Shown here: positions 50,178 to 60,924 of the stretch, piece by piece | How the letters are laid out: each line of letters starts with the position of its first letter | Numbering within the stretch: the stretch's first letter is position 1 | Assembly (NCBI GenBank): GCA_044070495.1 | Contig: JBIPSI010000013.1 | Location: forward strand, 1-64,000 | From: Spirulina sp. | GTDB lineage: Bacteria; Cyanobacteriota; Cyanobacteriia; Phormidesmidales; Phormidesmidaceae | Length of the DNA stretch: 64,000 bases | Direction of reading: 5' to 3' | Program-made: the position numbers and the translations under genes | The notes under the pieces: generated by a model | Seen by the model: the letters and a program-made list of their open reading frames with translations, nothing else | The model's database searches: none | What the model was told of the DNA's origin: nothing

Positions 50178-50684
50178 CTATTCCTCGTCATGGGCCTGAT
50201 GTTCTAGGCATATCACCAACCGTCGATCCGGCTCTTTGCCTCGGCTGAAGGTCGATAGCCTTTCCTGAGCCTTCAGAAAATGATGAAGTTGGCGGCGTTC
50301 AGCGGAGGAAAGCCCCTTGATTTCGTGTTCTTCATGGCTAGCCAAAACCTGTTCCGCCGCCGCCATGGCCATGGCTTTAAGCTCCTCCAGACGCTTGGCC
50401 CGGTAGCCCGCCAACTCCAGAGTAAAGGCTTGCTGCTGATCGGCCTCTTTACCTAGGTTCAGGGTGGTATTGGCAAGATACTGAATCGAGTCCAGCACGG
50501 AACCCCGATCCCCGATCAGGGTCTGCACCTGTTCTGGGGTGAGCTTTGAGTCATCAATAGTGAGCCAGCAGCTATGCCCTGTCTCATCCTCAACGAGGTG
50601 GGCGGACACCGTCGTTTGTAGCCCCTGCATGGCCAGCAGTGACGTGAGCCACTCAACCCCAGCTTGGTATACCGCTTCCTCCAT
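50178..50684 (-). CDS. jag: Jag/R3H RNA-binding protein
   Basis: LIGDRGSVLDSIQYL, ERRQLH and SRGKEPDRRLV. Confidence 0.88.
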   Translation of the reverse strand: MEEAVYQAGVEWLTSLLAMQGLQTTVSAHLVEDETGHSCWLTIDDSKLTPEQVQTLIGDRGSVLDSIQYLANTTLNLGKEADQQQAFTLELAGYRAKRLEELKAMAMAAAEQVLASHEEHEIKGLSSAERRQLHHFLKAQERLSTFSRGKEPDRRLVICLEHQAHDEE

Positions 50685-50691
50685 GGTGCCC

Positions 50692-51843
50692 CTATGCCTT
50701 TTTCTTCTTGGCCCGACCCGGTTCAAAGGGTAGGGTTTTGCGATCATCAACGTCCGCCTTACGGGTTTCAGAGTCCACGATTTTCTGCAAATTTTCCGGC
50801 AGTGGTTCGCGGGACAGAATGAAGGTCTGTAAGGTTTGGAAAATGTTAGCAATCACCATGTACATCAGCACCCCAGCGGGCAGGGGGAAGAACAGGAACA
50901 TCCCAGAGAAGATCACCGGCGTAAACTTGTTGACAGCGTTTTGCTGCGGGTTGTCCGATGTAGATCCCTGCCCCGACAACACCTGGTTGAGGTAGAGGCT
51001 AGCCCCAAAGGCCAAAATCATAGCCAGGATATCCCAGTGGATTGCGCCGTTGTCGCCTGTCACCCCTACTCGACCCAGCGCTTCAATAAATAGGAAGCCC
51101 TTGTTGGAGGCTAGGCCGGGTACGTAGACCTTAATTGACGCTTCCCCAGGGGCCACAGCGGTAATGTGACCATCTTGATCAACCTCAATCACGCCCTCGC
51201 CCTTGGCAATTTCCCAGCGGGGCTGAACCTCGTCCGCCGCTTCCTGGTTGTACTCGGCGACCAGATCCCCAATGGGTTGGCCCTCAGGGGTTTGCAGACG
51301 CACATCGGTCTTTTCGCCCACCACCAGCTTGTTGCCGCCAGGCACTACCGCCGCAATGGGAAAGTGAGAGCCATCGGACACATAGATGGCCTTGGGAGAA
51401 GTACTAAAGATTTGGGGCTGAATTTGCTCAACCTTCTCCTGGGGGAAAACCTGAAAATTGACGTCGTAGGCAATATCGGAGAACGGCGATCCCCGCAGGG
51501 TGGCAAACAGGGCAAAGAGGACAGGCATTTGCACCAGCACTGGGAAGCAGCCCGCCAGGGGATTCCCAAACTCTTTGTAGACCTTGCCCATTTCCTCCTG
51601 GAGCTTGGCGGGGTCGTCTTTATAGCGGTCTTGAATCTCCTTCACTCGCTTTTGCATCAGCGGCTGAGCCACCCGCATCCGGCGCATGTTGCGAATAGAC
51701 CCAGCGTTGAGGGGGTATAGAGCAAAGCGAATGACCAGGGTAAGGGCCACAATCGCCAAGCCGTAGCTGGGCACGATCCCGTAGAAAAAATCCAGGATCG
51801 GCAACATGATGTTGTTTGACAGAAATCCAATACCAAAATCCAT
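50692..51843 (-). CDS. yidC: membrane protein insertase YidC
   Basis: [25 protein letters not shown] and LPAGVLMY. Confidence 0.96.
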   Translation of the reverse strand: MDFGIGFLSNNIMLPILDFFYGIVPSYGLAIVALTLVIRFALYPLNAGSIRNMRRMRVAQPLMQKRVKEIQDRYKDDPAKLQEEMGKVYKEFGNPLAGCFPVLVQMPVLFALFATLRGSPFSDIAYDVNFQVFPQEKVEQIQPQIFSTSPKAIYVSDGSHFPIAAVVPGGNKLVVGEKTDVRLQTPEGQPIGDLVAEYNQEAADEVQPRWEIAKGEGVIEVDQDGHITAVAPGEASIKVYVPGLASNKGFLFIEALGRVGVTGDNGAIHWDILAMILAFGASLYLNQVLSGQGSTSDNPQQNAVNKFTPVIFSGMFLFFPLPAGVLMYMVIANIFQTLQTFILSREPLPENLQKIVDSETRKADVDDRKTLPFEPGRAKKKKA

Positions 51844-51965
51844 GGGCACCTAACCCCGCCAGGGGAATTACGACGTCAATTTGCTCAGTTACCTAATCTA
51901 CCCTACTTATTTGCCCCCAACCCCACCAAAACGGTGCGGGGTACCGTAGGGTAGGGAGCGACAAT

Positions 51966-52361
51966 CTAGTTGCTGCCAACAGCTCCGCTAACGGCCTGGG
52001 CCTGGGGAGAAATTTTCTCGTTGATGTAATCATAAACCTCGCGGAACCGGGGCATGGCGCGCAATTCCAAGCGACTACCATCTTTGAGGGTGATCACCAT
52101 ATCGCCCCAAAGCCCAATGCCCCGGGGCACGGTGACAATCTTGCGAATTTCCGAGTAGATAATATCGGTGCGGTCCTGGCCCTTCCAGCCCCCCGTAATG
52201 GAAATGCGGCGGTTGGTGATGCGGTAGCGCAGCCATAGGGCACGGGTGATAGCCCCTACCGTTAGAGGAATGCAAATGATAGTAAAGGCCAGCAGCCCAT
52301 TGATAATCAAGTCGCCAATGTGGGGGCCGCCCTCGTAGAATACGTCTTCACGAATGCCCAT
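51966..52361 (-). CDS. bacterial PH domain protein
   Basis: conserved gene between rnpA and yidC in cyanobacteria; MGIREDVFYEGGPHIGDL. Confidence 0.88.
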   Translation of the reverse strand: MGIREDVFYEGGPHIGDLIINGLLAFTIICIPLTVGAITRALWLRYRITNRRISITGGWKGQDRTDIIYSEIRKIVTVPRGIGLWGDMVITLKDGSRLELRAMPRFREVYDYINEKISPQAQAVSGAVGSN

Positions 52362-52764
52362 GGAAAACCTCTAACTGTGTAAAGAGCTGTTTTAATTCTT
52401 GCAAAAAATCGCCATATTCGCACTGCTCTGCCCCAGGCCGTAGGTTCACCACTATCCACAGGTGGGGGCGCAACCGGGGGAGAAACTGCCCCATGATGGC
52501 GCGTACCTGGCGCTTGAGGCGATTTCGCACCACCGCCCGCTTACTGACTTTTTGACTGACCACAATGCCCACCCGACCGAGGACAGCACGATTTTCAGCA
52601 TGGTTTTGGGACGATAAACCCTCCGTTTGGGAGGTCGGCTGCGACCCAGGATTCACCGTATCGAGCACCCTGACCACCAGGTGAGTAGACACGGCTTTAT
52701 TCCCCAGGCGATACACCTTGGAAAAGTCACGGGAACGTCTTAGTCGCTGGGATTTCGGCAGCAC
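52348..52764 (-). CDS. rnpA: RNase P protein component
   Basis: LPKSQRLRR and VSKRAVVRNRLKR (RNR motif). Confidence 0.93.
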   Translation of the reverse strand: MLPKSQRLRRSRDFSKVYRLGNKAVSTHLVVRVLDTVNPGSQPTSQTEGLSSQNHAENRAVLGRVGIVVSQKVSKRAVVRNRLKRQVRAIMGQFLPRLRPHLWIVVNLRPGAEQCEYGDFLQELKQLFTQLEVFHGHS

Positions 52765-52858
52765 GATGGCCAGAAGAACGGAAAAAGTATAGATAAACCA
52801 AAGCCCACCCCTCATCCTAGGATAGGGGCAGGCCAATGGTCACAAGCTTGAACTTGAC

Positions 52859-52996
52859 CTAAACGGCCAACTTAGCCCGACCTTTACGCCGCCGCGCCTT
52901 AATCACGTTTTGGCCAGTGTGGGAGCGCATCCGAGCCCGGAAGCCGGAGGTTCTCTTTTGTTTGCGGTTGGTTCCTTCTAGGGTGCGCTTACTCAT
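52859..52996 (-). CDS. rpmH: 50S ribosomal protein L34 (not in the ORF track)
   Basis: translates [45 protein letters not shown]. Confidence 0.97.
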   Translation of the reverse strand: MSKRTLEGTNRKQKRTSGFRARMRSHTGQNVIKARRRKGRAKLAV

Positions 52997-53344
52997 CGGG
53001 CTACCTCAGTACGCTGATCTAAATCTTTAAAAGTCACAGGTTTTCTATCATAACATCAATTGCTCAGCCCACACAGACCATCTATTGAGGCTTGCTGCGA
53101 TACAAGGTTGCTGGGATTTCTGAGATCAGCAGCTTTAGGTCGGTAGGACAGATTAAATGTAAGACCTCTTGCATGGGTTAGCGCAGGGTAACCCATGCTG
53201 GCCGAGACTTTGATGCGTCACGGCTACGCTTACTTAAGATTCCGCCGACCTAGTTAATGTTGACGCTTAGGCTTGGACAGAACCGCAGACCAGCCAGTCT
53301 TCCAGTACAAGAAGCGCTGGTCTGGGTTGATTAGGATGCTGTCC

Positions 53345-53905
53345 TTAGTCGGCTCCCAATTCTAGGGGCCAGGTGCCGACGTACTGATCCATAACATCGC
53401 CCTGGTAGGTCATGCTGAGGTTGAAATAGTGGTAGCCGTAGCGGTTGGGGTTGAGCACATTGTTCATGACCACTACGAAGTTCGTATTCGCTGGAATCGG
53501 TGATTCGGGGATAATCTCAATCACGCCTTCTTCCTCAAGCCACTCGATGCTTTGCAGGGGGATGGTTTCGCCTCCTCGCCATTCACCTTGGCGCAGCTCA
53601 ATGGCGTCCATATTCAGACGACCTCGCCGCTGGGTGAAGGACTCAGGATATTCAATTTTGAGGGACACCACTTCGCGGGGCAGTTTGATGCGGTTCACTT
53701 GCAGGTAGTAGCGGGCATTGCGGCTACGGGGTGTGTTGAAGTCGATGAAGTAGCGCAGGCGATATTCGGCTTCAACACCACCGAAAATAGTCAGGCCTGA
53801 CTGGGCGGGAGCGGGTTGCGGTAAAGCCACGCCAACACTCGTCGCCACGGTAGCGGCAGCGAGGAAAATCGCGGCTAGCCGCAGGGGTCGCTTGAGGGAT
53901 GTCAT
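53345..53905 (-). CDS. DUF2808 domain exported protein
   Basis: signal peptide, NVLNP...G.HYFN and YVGTW; usual neighbour of rpmH. Confidence 0.8.
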   Translation of the reverse strand: MTSLKRPLRLAAIFLAAATVATSVGVALPQPAPAQSGLTIFGGVEAEYRLRYFIDFNTPRSRNARYYLQVNRIKLPREVVSLKIEYPESFTQRRGRLNMDAIELRQGEWRGGETIPLQSIEWLEEEGVIEIIPESPIPANTNFVVVMNNVLNPNRYGYHYFNLSMTYQGDVMDQYVGTWPLELGAD

Positions 53906-54219
53906 GGAGTACCTCCGGGAAAAACCGTCTAGATGGATACAAATTTTGATGGATCAGTCAAGACTTTAACGCTTGCGATCCTAGGCCATTGGGCCACCTG
54001 TGCCAGTGACGTAACCGGATGCCCAAAGGTGCCCTGATGATAGCGATGACTCTAGGTGAGCCAAGCCTAGCCGCCAGGTTGATTTCATTCCGGCTTCTTA
54101 TCCTATCACCGCCCTTTGAGGTTGTGTTGAGGATATGACTTCCCCCCTAACTTCCCCTACGCCGTTTGAATCATGTCAGGGTCAGGTCTCCTGACCCTGT
54201 GCAGAATCTGGGTTTAGCC

Positions 54220-55431
54220 CTAGGCTGGCCCAATGGCGGCCACAGCGGCCTCCACGGCTAGGGCCACATGGGTCCAGTGGGTGCCGCCCTGGCAGTAGAC
54301 CACGTAGGGTTTGCGCAGGGGGCCATCGGCGGAAAGCTCCGAGGTGCTGCCGTCGATGAAGGTGCCCCCAGCCATCACCAGTGGGGTGTCGTAACCGGGG
54401 GTGACAGCGGGGACGGGTTCCACGTAGGCATCGATGGGGGAATGCTGCTGAATGGCTTTGCAAAAGGCGATCATTTTTTCCGGCGACCCTAGCTTAATCG
54501 CTTGGATTACGTCCCGTTGGGCCGCGTTGGGGCTGGGCTTGACCGGATAGCCCAGGGCATCGAAAGTGGCGGCTAACAGATAATTGCCCTTCATAGCTTC
54601 CCCCACCATCTGCGGAGCGAGGAACAACCCCTGGAACATCAGACGATTTTGATTGAGGCTCGACCCACCGCTGGAGCCAATCCCCGGTGCGGTCAAGCGA
54701 CAGGCCGCCGCTTCCACCAAATCCGCCCGTCCAGCCACGTAGCCCCCGGTGGTGGCAATGGTGCCGCCTGGATTTTTGATCAGCGACCCGGCGATCAGAT
54801 CCGCCCCCACGGCGGTGGGTTCGCGGTCTTCCAAAAACTCGCCATAGCAGTTATCCACAAAACAGACCACGTCGGATTTCTGCCGTTTCACAATTGTTAC
54901 AATCCGCTCAATTTCGGCTATGGTTAGGGTTGAACGCCAACTGTAGCCACAGGAACGCTGGATGTGCACGAGCCGAGTATTCGGTTGGATAGCTGTTTCT
55001 AGTGCCTCCCAGTCGATGGCGGCTGCGGCGGTCAACGGTAGTTCTCGATAGGTGACCCCAAACTCTGCCAGCGAACCCTGGCCCGATGATCGCAAGCCAA
55101 TCACCTCTTCCAGGGTGTCGTAGGGGGTGCCCGCTACCGCCAGACATTCATCCCCAGGCCGCAGCACGCCATACAGGGCGCAAGCGATGGCATGGGTACC
55201 AGAGACAAATTGGGCTCGAACCAGAGCCGCCTCCGCTTGTACAATCTCCGCAAAGACTTGATCTAAGGTGTCTCGGCCCAGGTCATCGTGGCCATAACCC
55301 GAAACACTGCTGAAATGGTGGCTTCCCACCCGATGCTGCCGAAAGGCCCTCAGCACCCGCCCTAAATTTTGCTTGACCTGGGCGTCAATTCCGTAAAAAA
55401 TCGGAAACATTGAGGACTCTGATAGCATCAT
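54220..55431 (-). CDS. methionine gamma-lyase-like / aluminium-resistance (YnbB) PLP enzyme
   Basis: SGYGHDDLGRD, FVSGTHAI, VDNCYGEF and GSLIKNPGG. Confidence 0.9.
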   Translation of the reverse strand: MMLSESSMFPIFYGIDAQVKQNLGRVLRAFRQHRVGSHHFSSVSGYGHDDLGRDTLDQVFAEIVQAEAALVRAQFVSGTHAIACALYGVLRPGDECLAVAGTPYDTLEEVIGLRSSGQGSLAEFGVTYRELPLTAAAAIDWEALETAIQPNTRLVHIQRSCGYSWRSTLTIAEIERIVTIVKRQKSDVVCFVDNCYGEFLEDREPTAVGADLIAGSLIKNPGGTIATTGGYVAGRADLVEAAACRLTAPGIGSSGGSSLNQNRLMFQGLFLAPQMVGEAMKGNYLLAATFDALGYPVKPSPNAAQRDVIQAIKLGSPEKMIAFCKAIQQHSPIDAYVEPVPAVTPGYDTPLVMAGGTFIDGSTSELSADGPLRKPYVVYCQGGTHWTHVALAVEAAVAAIGPA

Positions 55432-55535
55432 CGTGTTTGATCGTTGCGAAGGTTAATTTTTTTCGTTAAGAAACGAGGGAGTCCCATTGTCCCTCAAATT
55501 TAATCTGACCGTCCCAAAGTTCTGAGATTTAGTAC

Positions 55536-56360
55536 ATGACTGCAGCAACCACTCCCTCTACTCGTCTTTCCCGCGACTGGGTCACCCTGTTGTTCATGGT
55601 CGCGATGCACGCCATGGCCCTGTTAGCTTTTCTGCCCGGAAACTTCTCCTGGGCTGCGGTAGGGGTGGCCCTGCTGCTGCACTGGGTGACGGGTTGTTTG
55701 GGCATTACCCTCGGCTGGCACCGACTGATTTCCCACCGCAGTTTCCAGGTGCCCAAGTGGCTGGAATACTTCTTTGTCTTCTGCGGCACCCTGGCCTGCC
55801 AGCATGGCCCCATCACCTGGGTGGGCCTGCATCGTCACCACCACGCCTACTCTGACCAAAGCAACGACCACCACGACTCCAACAAAGGATTCTGGTGGAG
55901 CCACATGGGCTGGATGCTGCGCGACGTGCCTGCCAAAAAAGAAATGGGCCGCTTCACCCGCGATATTTCCGAAGATCCCGTTTATTTGTTCTTTGAAAAA
56001 TATTTCCTCGCCACGCAAATTGTCCTAGGTGTGGTTCTATACTTCCTGGGCGGCTGGCCCTTTGTGATGTGGGGTATCTTCGTCCGCTTGGTCGCTGTAT
56101 ACCACTGCACCTGGCTGGTGAACAGCGCCACCCACAAATTCGGCTACCGCACCTATGAAACCGAAGACAAATCCACCAACTGCTGGTGGGTGGCTGTCGT
56201 CACCTACGGCGAAGGCTGGCACAACAACCACCACGCCTTCCAATACTCCGCTCGTCATGGCCTCCGGTGGTGGGAAATTGACATCACTTGGATGACCATC
56301 CGCCTGCTGGAAATCGTGGGTCTGGCCAAGAAAGTGAAGCTGGTCAACTCAGCTGAGTAA
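55536..56360 (+). CDS. desC: acyl-lipid delta-9 desaturase
   Basis: His boxes HRLISH, HRHHH and HNNHH. Confidence 0.92.
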   Translation: MTAATTPSTRLSRDWVTLLFMVAMHAMALLAFLPGNFSWAAVGVALLLHWVTGCLGITLGWHRLISHRSFQVPKWLEYFFVFCGTLACQHGPITWVGLHRHHHAYSDQSNDHHDSNKGFWWSHMGWMLRDVPAKKEMGRFTRDISEDPVYLFFEKYFLATQIVLGVVLYFLGGWPFVMWGIFVRLVAVYHCTWLVNSATHKFGYRTYETEDKSTNCWWVAVVTYGEGWHNNHHAFQYSARHGLRWWEIDITWMTIRLLEIVGLAKKVKLVNSAE

Positions 56361-56419
56361 ATGCAAGCCCTCGGTAGGTGATGGGATCTCCCGTTACCTC
56401 AGAGGTTCACCCTAGTCCC

Positions 56420-56454
56420 AATGCCGTCCACCATGGGTTGGGCGGCATTTTTTT
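56420..56454 (+). terminator. intrinsic terminator after desC
   Basis: AATGCCGTCCA...TGGGCGGCATT followed by a T run. Confidence 0.75.
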
Positions 56455-56511
56455 CGAGCAGGGTTCCCATCACCAAGGCGAATCTGACTGTGGTACGCTA
56501 GGAAGACAAAA

Positions 56512-56585
56512 CGGGATGTAGCGCAGCTTGGTAGCGCACTTCGTTCGGGACGAAGGGGCCGTGGGTTCGAATCCCGCCATCCCGA
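56512..56585 (+). tRNA. tRNA-Pro(CGG)
   Basis: CGGGATGTAGCGCAGCTTGGTAGCGCA CTTCG-TTCGGGA-CGAAG...GGTTCGAATCC...CATCCCGA cloverleaf. Confidence 0.97.
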
Positions 56586-56710
56586 TTTTATGAGTCACTT
56601 AATCGTTATGCTCGGTGTTCCTGGCTACCGCAAGGAAGGTCAGGGGTTTTGCTTTTCCCATGGGGCCTTGTCAGCCAACGCTTTGGTGCAATGTTGCCTA
56701 GGAACTGGGT

Positions 56711-57709
56711 TTAGCCCAGTCCGAGCTTGCGCCGTAGTTTGGTGCCCATCGTTTGCAGGTACAGTCGGGCGAGGCGAGGCGGGTTGAGACCAGGAATATC
56801 GCCCCGATGTTTGGAACGGTGATCGAAGAATTGGTTGAGTTCTGTCAAAATTACTTGCAGCCTGGGCACTAGGGCGTCTTCGCGGTAGGGCTGTAGGGCT
56901 TCTGGAGTCATATATTTCGGATTTGGGGTGTTGAGGGCGGCTAGGATGCGTTCAACATCGTAGGCGGTGGAATAGACGCCGATTTTTTGGCAGTTAAAGC
57001 CCGGATCGAGGTAGTCGGCTAGGGCACCGTTGACGCTAGAAAACACCTCACAGCCGCAGGCCATGGCCTCCATGGGGGGAAGCCCGAAGCCTTCGCTAAC
57101 CCGGCTGATCGCCCAATATTCTGCTGAATCGTAGAGATACACCTTACTGCGGTTGAAGAGTTCACTGAGATCGTCTACAAAGCCCTCCAGGCAGACGACA
57201 TTACAGTGCGCCTGTAGGGCGGGCACTAGGGTTTTCATCAGGTATTCCGAAGATTTGCGCCCCTGCACCAGCACATCGATGTCGCGGGGTAGCTGGCGGT
57301 TGGTGAAGGTGGCGTCAATGTGGTTGGGCAGATAAAACAGTAGCCCGTTGGGCTGGCGCTGGCCCCAATAGCCGAGGGAGTTGCGGCTGACGGTGATAAT
57401 AGGCACATCGCTGGGCAGAGAAAATCCGTAGCCGCTGCTGTGGGCGTGGTAGACCAGGTGATGGCCTCGTAGGCGTTTGGCCAACTTGGGCACATGGAAG
57501 CCCCAACTGATCACAAAAATGCTGTTGTCCAGGTCGGGACGTTGCAGCAGATCGTCCAAAAACAGGGAGTCTGGCTGCCGCTGTTCGTAGGTGACGACCT
57601 CAGCAGAACAGATTTGCTGGGCTAGCTTCAGGGTTTTGAGTTCGGCAAACAAGCCGCCACAGGCGTAGCGTTTGCTGGTACCAGGCAGGAGGAAGTAGAG
57701 ATGTCGCAT
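56711..57709 (-). CDS. glycosyltransferase (GT-B, family 4-like)
   Basis: EGFGLPPMEAMACGC. Confidence 0.88.
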   Translation of the reverse strand: MRHLYFLLPGTSKRYACGGLFAELKTLKLAQQICSAEVVTYEQRQPDSLFLDDLLQRPDLDNSIFVISWGFHVPKLAKRLRGHHLVYHAHSSGYGFSLPSDVPIITVSRNSLGYWGQRQPNGLLFYLPNHIDATFTNRQLPRDIDVLVQGRKSSEYLMKTLVPALQAHCNVVCLEGFVDDLSELFNRSKVYLYDSAEYWAISRVSEGFGLPPMEAMACGCEVFSSVNGALADYLDPGFNCQKIGVYSTAYDVERILAALNTPNPKYMTPEALQPYREDALVPRLQVILTELNQFFDHRSKHRGDIPGLNPPRLARLYLQTMGTKLRRKLGLG

Positions 57710-57718
57710 GGGGGCATT

Positions 57719-58624
57719 TTAAACGGCTTGGGCGCGGCTAAATTCTCCCGTTTCCCGCAGGGCATCTAAAAAGGCGTAGAGGGCGGGGGTGTGGAGGGCG
57801 TTTTTGAGCATGGTGGCCCCAATGGGGCGGGAAATGCGGAAAGGTAGGGAACAAATTCGCACCTCCGGCGGCACAGGCTCAGCGGCTAGGCGTGGCAGGA
57901 TAGCGATGCCCAAGCCCTGCTGCACCATCGCCACCATGGATGAATCGTGGCGGATGCAGTAGGCGAGGGCGAGGGGATCATCCTGGGCTCCTAGTTCACG
58001 CCGCACCCGCAGGCCACAACTGCTGTGGGATGACCCAATCAACGGCGTAGAGCGAAGATCTTCCAGGCTTAGTTGGCCCTGTTTGAGTTGGTACCCAGGG
58101 GGGAGCAGCGCCACATAATCATCATCGAAAATGTGTAGGCTTTCAAACTCGTCGCCTTCAACGGTTTCCGCCACGCAAAGGTCTGCGTCTCCCTTCGTCA
58201 GGGCTTCTTTCAACTCATGGACTTCGTCCATTTCGATGAGACTAATCGAGATGGACGGGTAGCGACGATGGAGACGGGCAATGGCCCCCGGTAGCACATG
58301 GGTGGCGCAACTGCGAAAGGTACCAATCCGCAGCCGTCCCCCTTGCAATCCCTTGGCGTGGTCGGCTTCCTCGGCGATCTGGCCCAATAGGCCCAACATG
58401 CCCCTGGCGTGGTCGGTAATGCGTTCGCCTACGGGGGTTAGCCGTGCTCCATGGCGACCCCGCTGTAACAGCATCACCCCCAGTTCTTCCTCCAGGGTGG
58501 CAATGGCGTGGCTAATGGTGGATTGGGACAAATCGAGTTCTAGGGCCGCTTCGCTAAAGTTGCCACAGTCGGCAATGGTCACCAACGCCCGCAGTTGAGA
58601 CAACTTAATCTTGCTAGGGTTCAT
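57719..58624 (-). CDS. LysR family transcriptional regulator
   Basis: NFSEAALELDLSQSTISHAIATLEEELG HTH. Confidence 0.93.
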   Translation of the reverse strand: MNPSKIKLSQLRALVTIADCGNFSEAALELDLSQSTISHAIATLEEELGVMLLQRGRHGARLTPVGERITDHARGMLGLLGQIAEEADHAKGLQGGRLRIGTFRSCATHVLPGAIARLHRRYPSISISLIEMDEVHELKEALTKGDADLCVAETVEGDEFESLHIFDDDYVALLPPGYQLKQGQLSLEDLRSTPLIGSSHSSCGLRVRRELGAQDDPLALAYCIRHDSSMVAMVQQGLGIAILPRLAAEPVPPEVRICSLPFRISRPIGATMLKNALHTPALYAFLDALRETGEFSRAQAV

Positions 58625-58661
58625 CGCATTCTCCAGGGTGGAGGTGTCCCGTCGTTCAGGA

Positions 58662-59900
58662 TTAGCGCAGTTCCTCAGGTAGGGCCGCCGGTTTGACGGT
58701 GAGGGTTTGGTCAGCGCCATCGCGATGGAATTCGACGGTGAGGTCCTGGCCGATTCGGCTGGCTTCCACCTGGGCCTGTACCTCGGTGGGGGTGGTGACC
58801 GCTGTGCTGTTGATCCGCTGGATGATGTCTCCGGGAACCAGTCCGGCGGCCTGGGCAGGGCTACCCTCCAACACGCGCACAATCAACACCCCAGCCTGGT
58901 CGGGGGCAATGTTGAGTTGATCCTGGGCGTTGATTTCCGCAATCGTTTCGGGAGTGAGTTCCACCATTTGAATGCCCAGGAAGGGATGCTGTACCTCTCC
59001 GGTGGCAAAGAGTTCGTCGGCAATGCGTTTGGCGGTTTCGATGGGGATGGCAAAACCGAGGCCCTGGGCATTGGCGCGAATGGCGGTGTTCATGCCGATC
59101 ACTTCGCCCTGGTCGTTGAGCAGGGGGCCACCGGAATTGCCCGGATTGATGGCGGCATCGGTTTGGATGAACTGCACCCGCTTGTCGGGGATGCCGACTT
59201 GGTTGCTGGTGCGGCCAATGGCGCTGATGATGCCAGCGGTGACGGTGTTGTCTAGGCCCAGGGGGTTGCCAATGGCGATGGCCCATTGACCGGGCGAGAG
59301 GTTGGCGGTGCTGCCGAGACGAACGGTGGGCAGGGGATCGGTGGCTTCAATTTTGACCACCGCCACATCGGTGACCGAGTCGATGCCCAGTACTTCCCCG
59401 TCAAAGGTGCGACCATCGCGCAGGGTGACTTTTACCGTGCGGGTGCCGTCTACCACGTGGGCATTGGTGAGAATGCGACCATCGGCGCTGAGAATAAACC
59501 CAGATCCGGTGCCCTGTTCTAAACGGTCGGGCACCATATCTGGAGGCAATTCTTCGCCAAAAAAGCGGCGAAAGAGGGGGTTGTTAAAGGTTTCTGGGTT
59601 GAGTTGGGAGACCGCCCGTTCCGAGTCGATGCGCACCACCGCAGGCCCCACCTGCTCCACCGCAGCGGCAATGAAGTTGGAGGCGGCAATAGCCAGGGGG
59701 GCCGAAGCCACCGCTGTCTCAAGGTCTGGTTCCGCAGGGGCCGCCAGGGTGGCTAGGGAAGACTCCGCTGGATTGAGATCCACGCCTGGGGCCGTTGTGG
59801 TAATAAGATGATCGACATAATAATGGCCCGCCCAACCGACTCCACCGCCCAAGGCTAAGGCGGCGGCAATCCAGACCCCCTGCGATCCTATTCCGCCCAT
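58662..59900 (-). CDS. HtrA/HhoA-family serine protease with a PDZ domain
   Basis: TNAHVV, DVAVVKI and AINPGNSGGPL; C-terminal PDZ. Confidence 0.93.
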   Translation of the reverse strand: MGGIGSQGVWIAAALALGGGVGWAGHYYVDHLITTTAPGVDLNPAESSLATLAAPAEPDLETAVASAPLAIAASNFIAAAVEQVGPAVVRIDSERAVSQLNPETFNNPLFRRFFGEELPPDMVPDRLEQGTGSGFILSADGRILTNAHVVDGTRTVKVTLRDGRTFDGEVLGIDSVTDVAVVKIEATDPLPTVRLGSTANLSPGQWAIAIGNPLGLDNTVTAGIISAIGRTSNQVGIPDKRVQFIQTDAAINPGNSGGPLLNDQGEVIGMNTAIRANAQGLGFAIPIETAKRIADELFATGEVQHPFLGIQMVELTPETIAEINAQDQLNIAPDQAGVLIVRVLEGSPAQAAGLVPGDIIQRINSTAVTTPTEVQAQVEASRIGQDLTVEFHRDGADQTLTVKPAALPEELR

Positions 59901-60175
59901 ACGACCTCCTTCCGGCAGCATCGCCTATTTCCGACAGCATCCTCTGTCCACAGCGGGTTGCACACAAACGCACCCCGACAACAGTTTGTGCCTTTACTGT
60001 AGCGAATATCCCCCCATTTATGACGCCCGATGACGACGGATTCAACCCGTTTTGATGGCGTTTGGGGGAGGAAAACCCATCCCCAGAGGGGGCATATTTC
60101 TACCGAAGTAAATGGCCCTGTCCCTGGCATTCCGGGTTACATTGGGCATTGATCCCATGCAGCCCCAAGAACGCC

Positions 60176-60871
60176 ATGTCTGACTACACTGGAAACATTT
60201 TGCTGGTTGACGACGAGCCCGGTCTACGGGAGGCCGTACAGGCCTACCTAGAGGACAGTGGCTTTACCGTGCGCACCGCCAGCAATGCCCAGGAAGGGTG
60301 GGCGCTGCTTCAAGAGGGCACCCCAGACGTGCTGATTTCCGACATCATGATGCCCCAGGTGGATGGCCATGCCTTTTTGGCCCAGGTGCGAGAGGACGTG
60401 CGCTTTAAGGGGTTGCCCGTGGTCTTCCTCACCGCACGCGGCATGACCAAAGACCGCATTCAGGGTTACAACTCCGGCTGCGATGCCTACCTCTCCAAAC
60501 CCTTCGACCCGGAGGAACTAGTGGCCGTGGTGGGCAACTTAATCGAACGCCGCGCCGCCCAAAGCCCCGACACCGGAGACCTACCCGACATTGCGGTGAT
60601 GGCCCGCCAAATTGAGGAAATTAAAGCCATGCTCACCCAAAAGGGCGGTGTGGTCAAAATGGCCTCCGATGTCCGCATCGACCTTACCCCCCGCGAACAA
60701 AGCGTGCTGGATTTGGTGGCCGAAGGGCTGATGAACAAAGAAATCGCCAGCCGCCTCGATACCAGCGTTCGCAATGTAGAAAAGTATGTCAGCCGCCTAT
60801 TCAGCAAAACCGGCACCAACAGCCGCACCGAACTGGTTCGCTTTGCCCTAGAACATGGTCTGGTCAGCTAG
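60176..60871 (+). CDS. ycf29: NarL/LuxR-type response regulator (Ycf29/Rre1-like)
   Basis: LLVDDEPGLREAVQAYLED receiver; GLMNKEIA...VRNVEKYVSRLFSKTGTNSRTELVR. Confidence 0.85.
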   Translation: MSDYTGNILLVDDEPGLREAVQAYLEDSGFTVRTASNAQEGWALLQEGTPDVLISDIMMPQVDGHAFLAQVREDVRFKGLPVVFLTARGMTKDRIQGYNSGCDAYLSKPFDPEELVAVVGNLIERRAAQSPDTGDLPDIAVMARQIEEIKAMLTQKGGVVKMASDVRIDLTPREQSVLDLVAEGLMNKEIASRLDTSVRNVEKYVSRLFSKTGTNSRTELVRFALEHGLVS

Positions 60872-60924
60872 GGGACACCCAAATCCTAGCCCCCAGGTGC
60901 GGACACAGGAATTTAGAATTTAGC

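Noticed and set aside
51120..51480. unusual soluble insertion in YidC
   Set aside because: To my knowledge this is a normal feature of cyanobacterial YidC
56512..57709. genomic island integrated at tRNA-Pro
   Set aside because: No integrase and no duplicated tRNA 3' end seen; the flanking genes look like ordinary chromosomal genes
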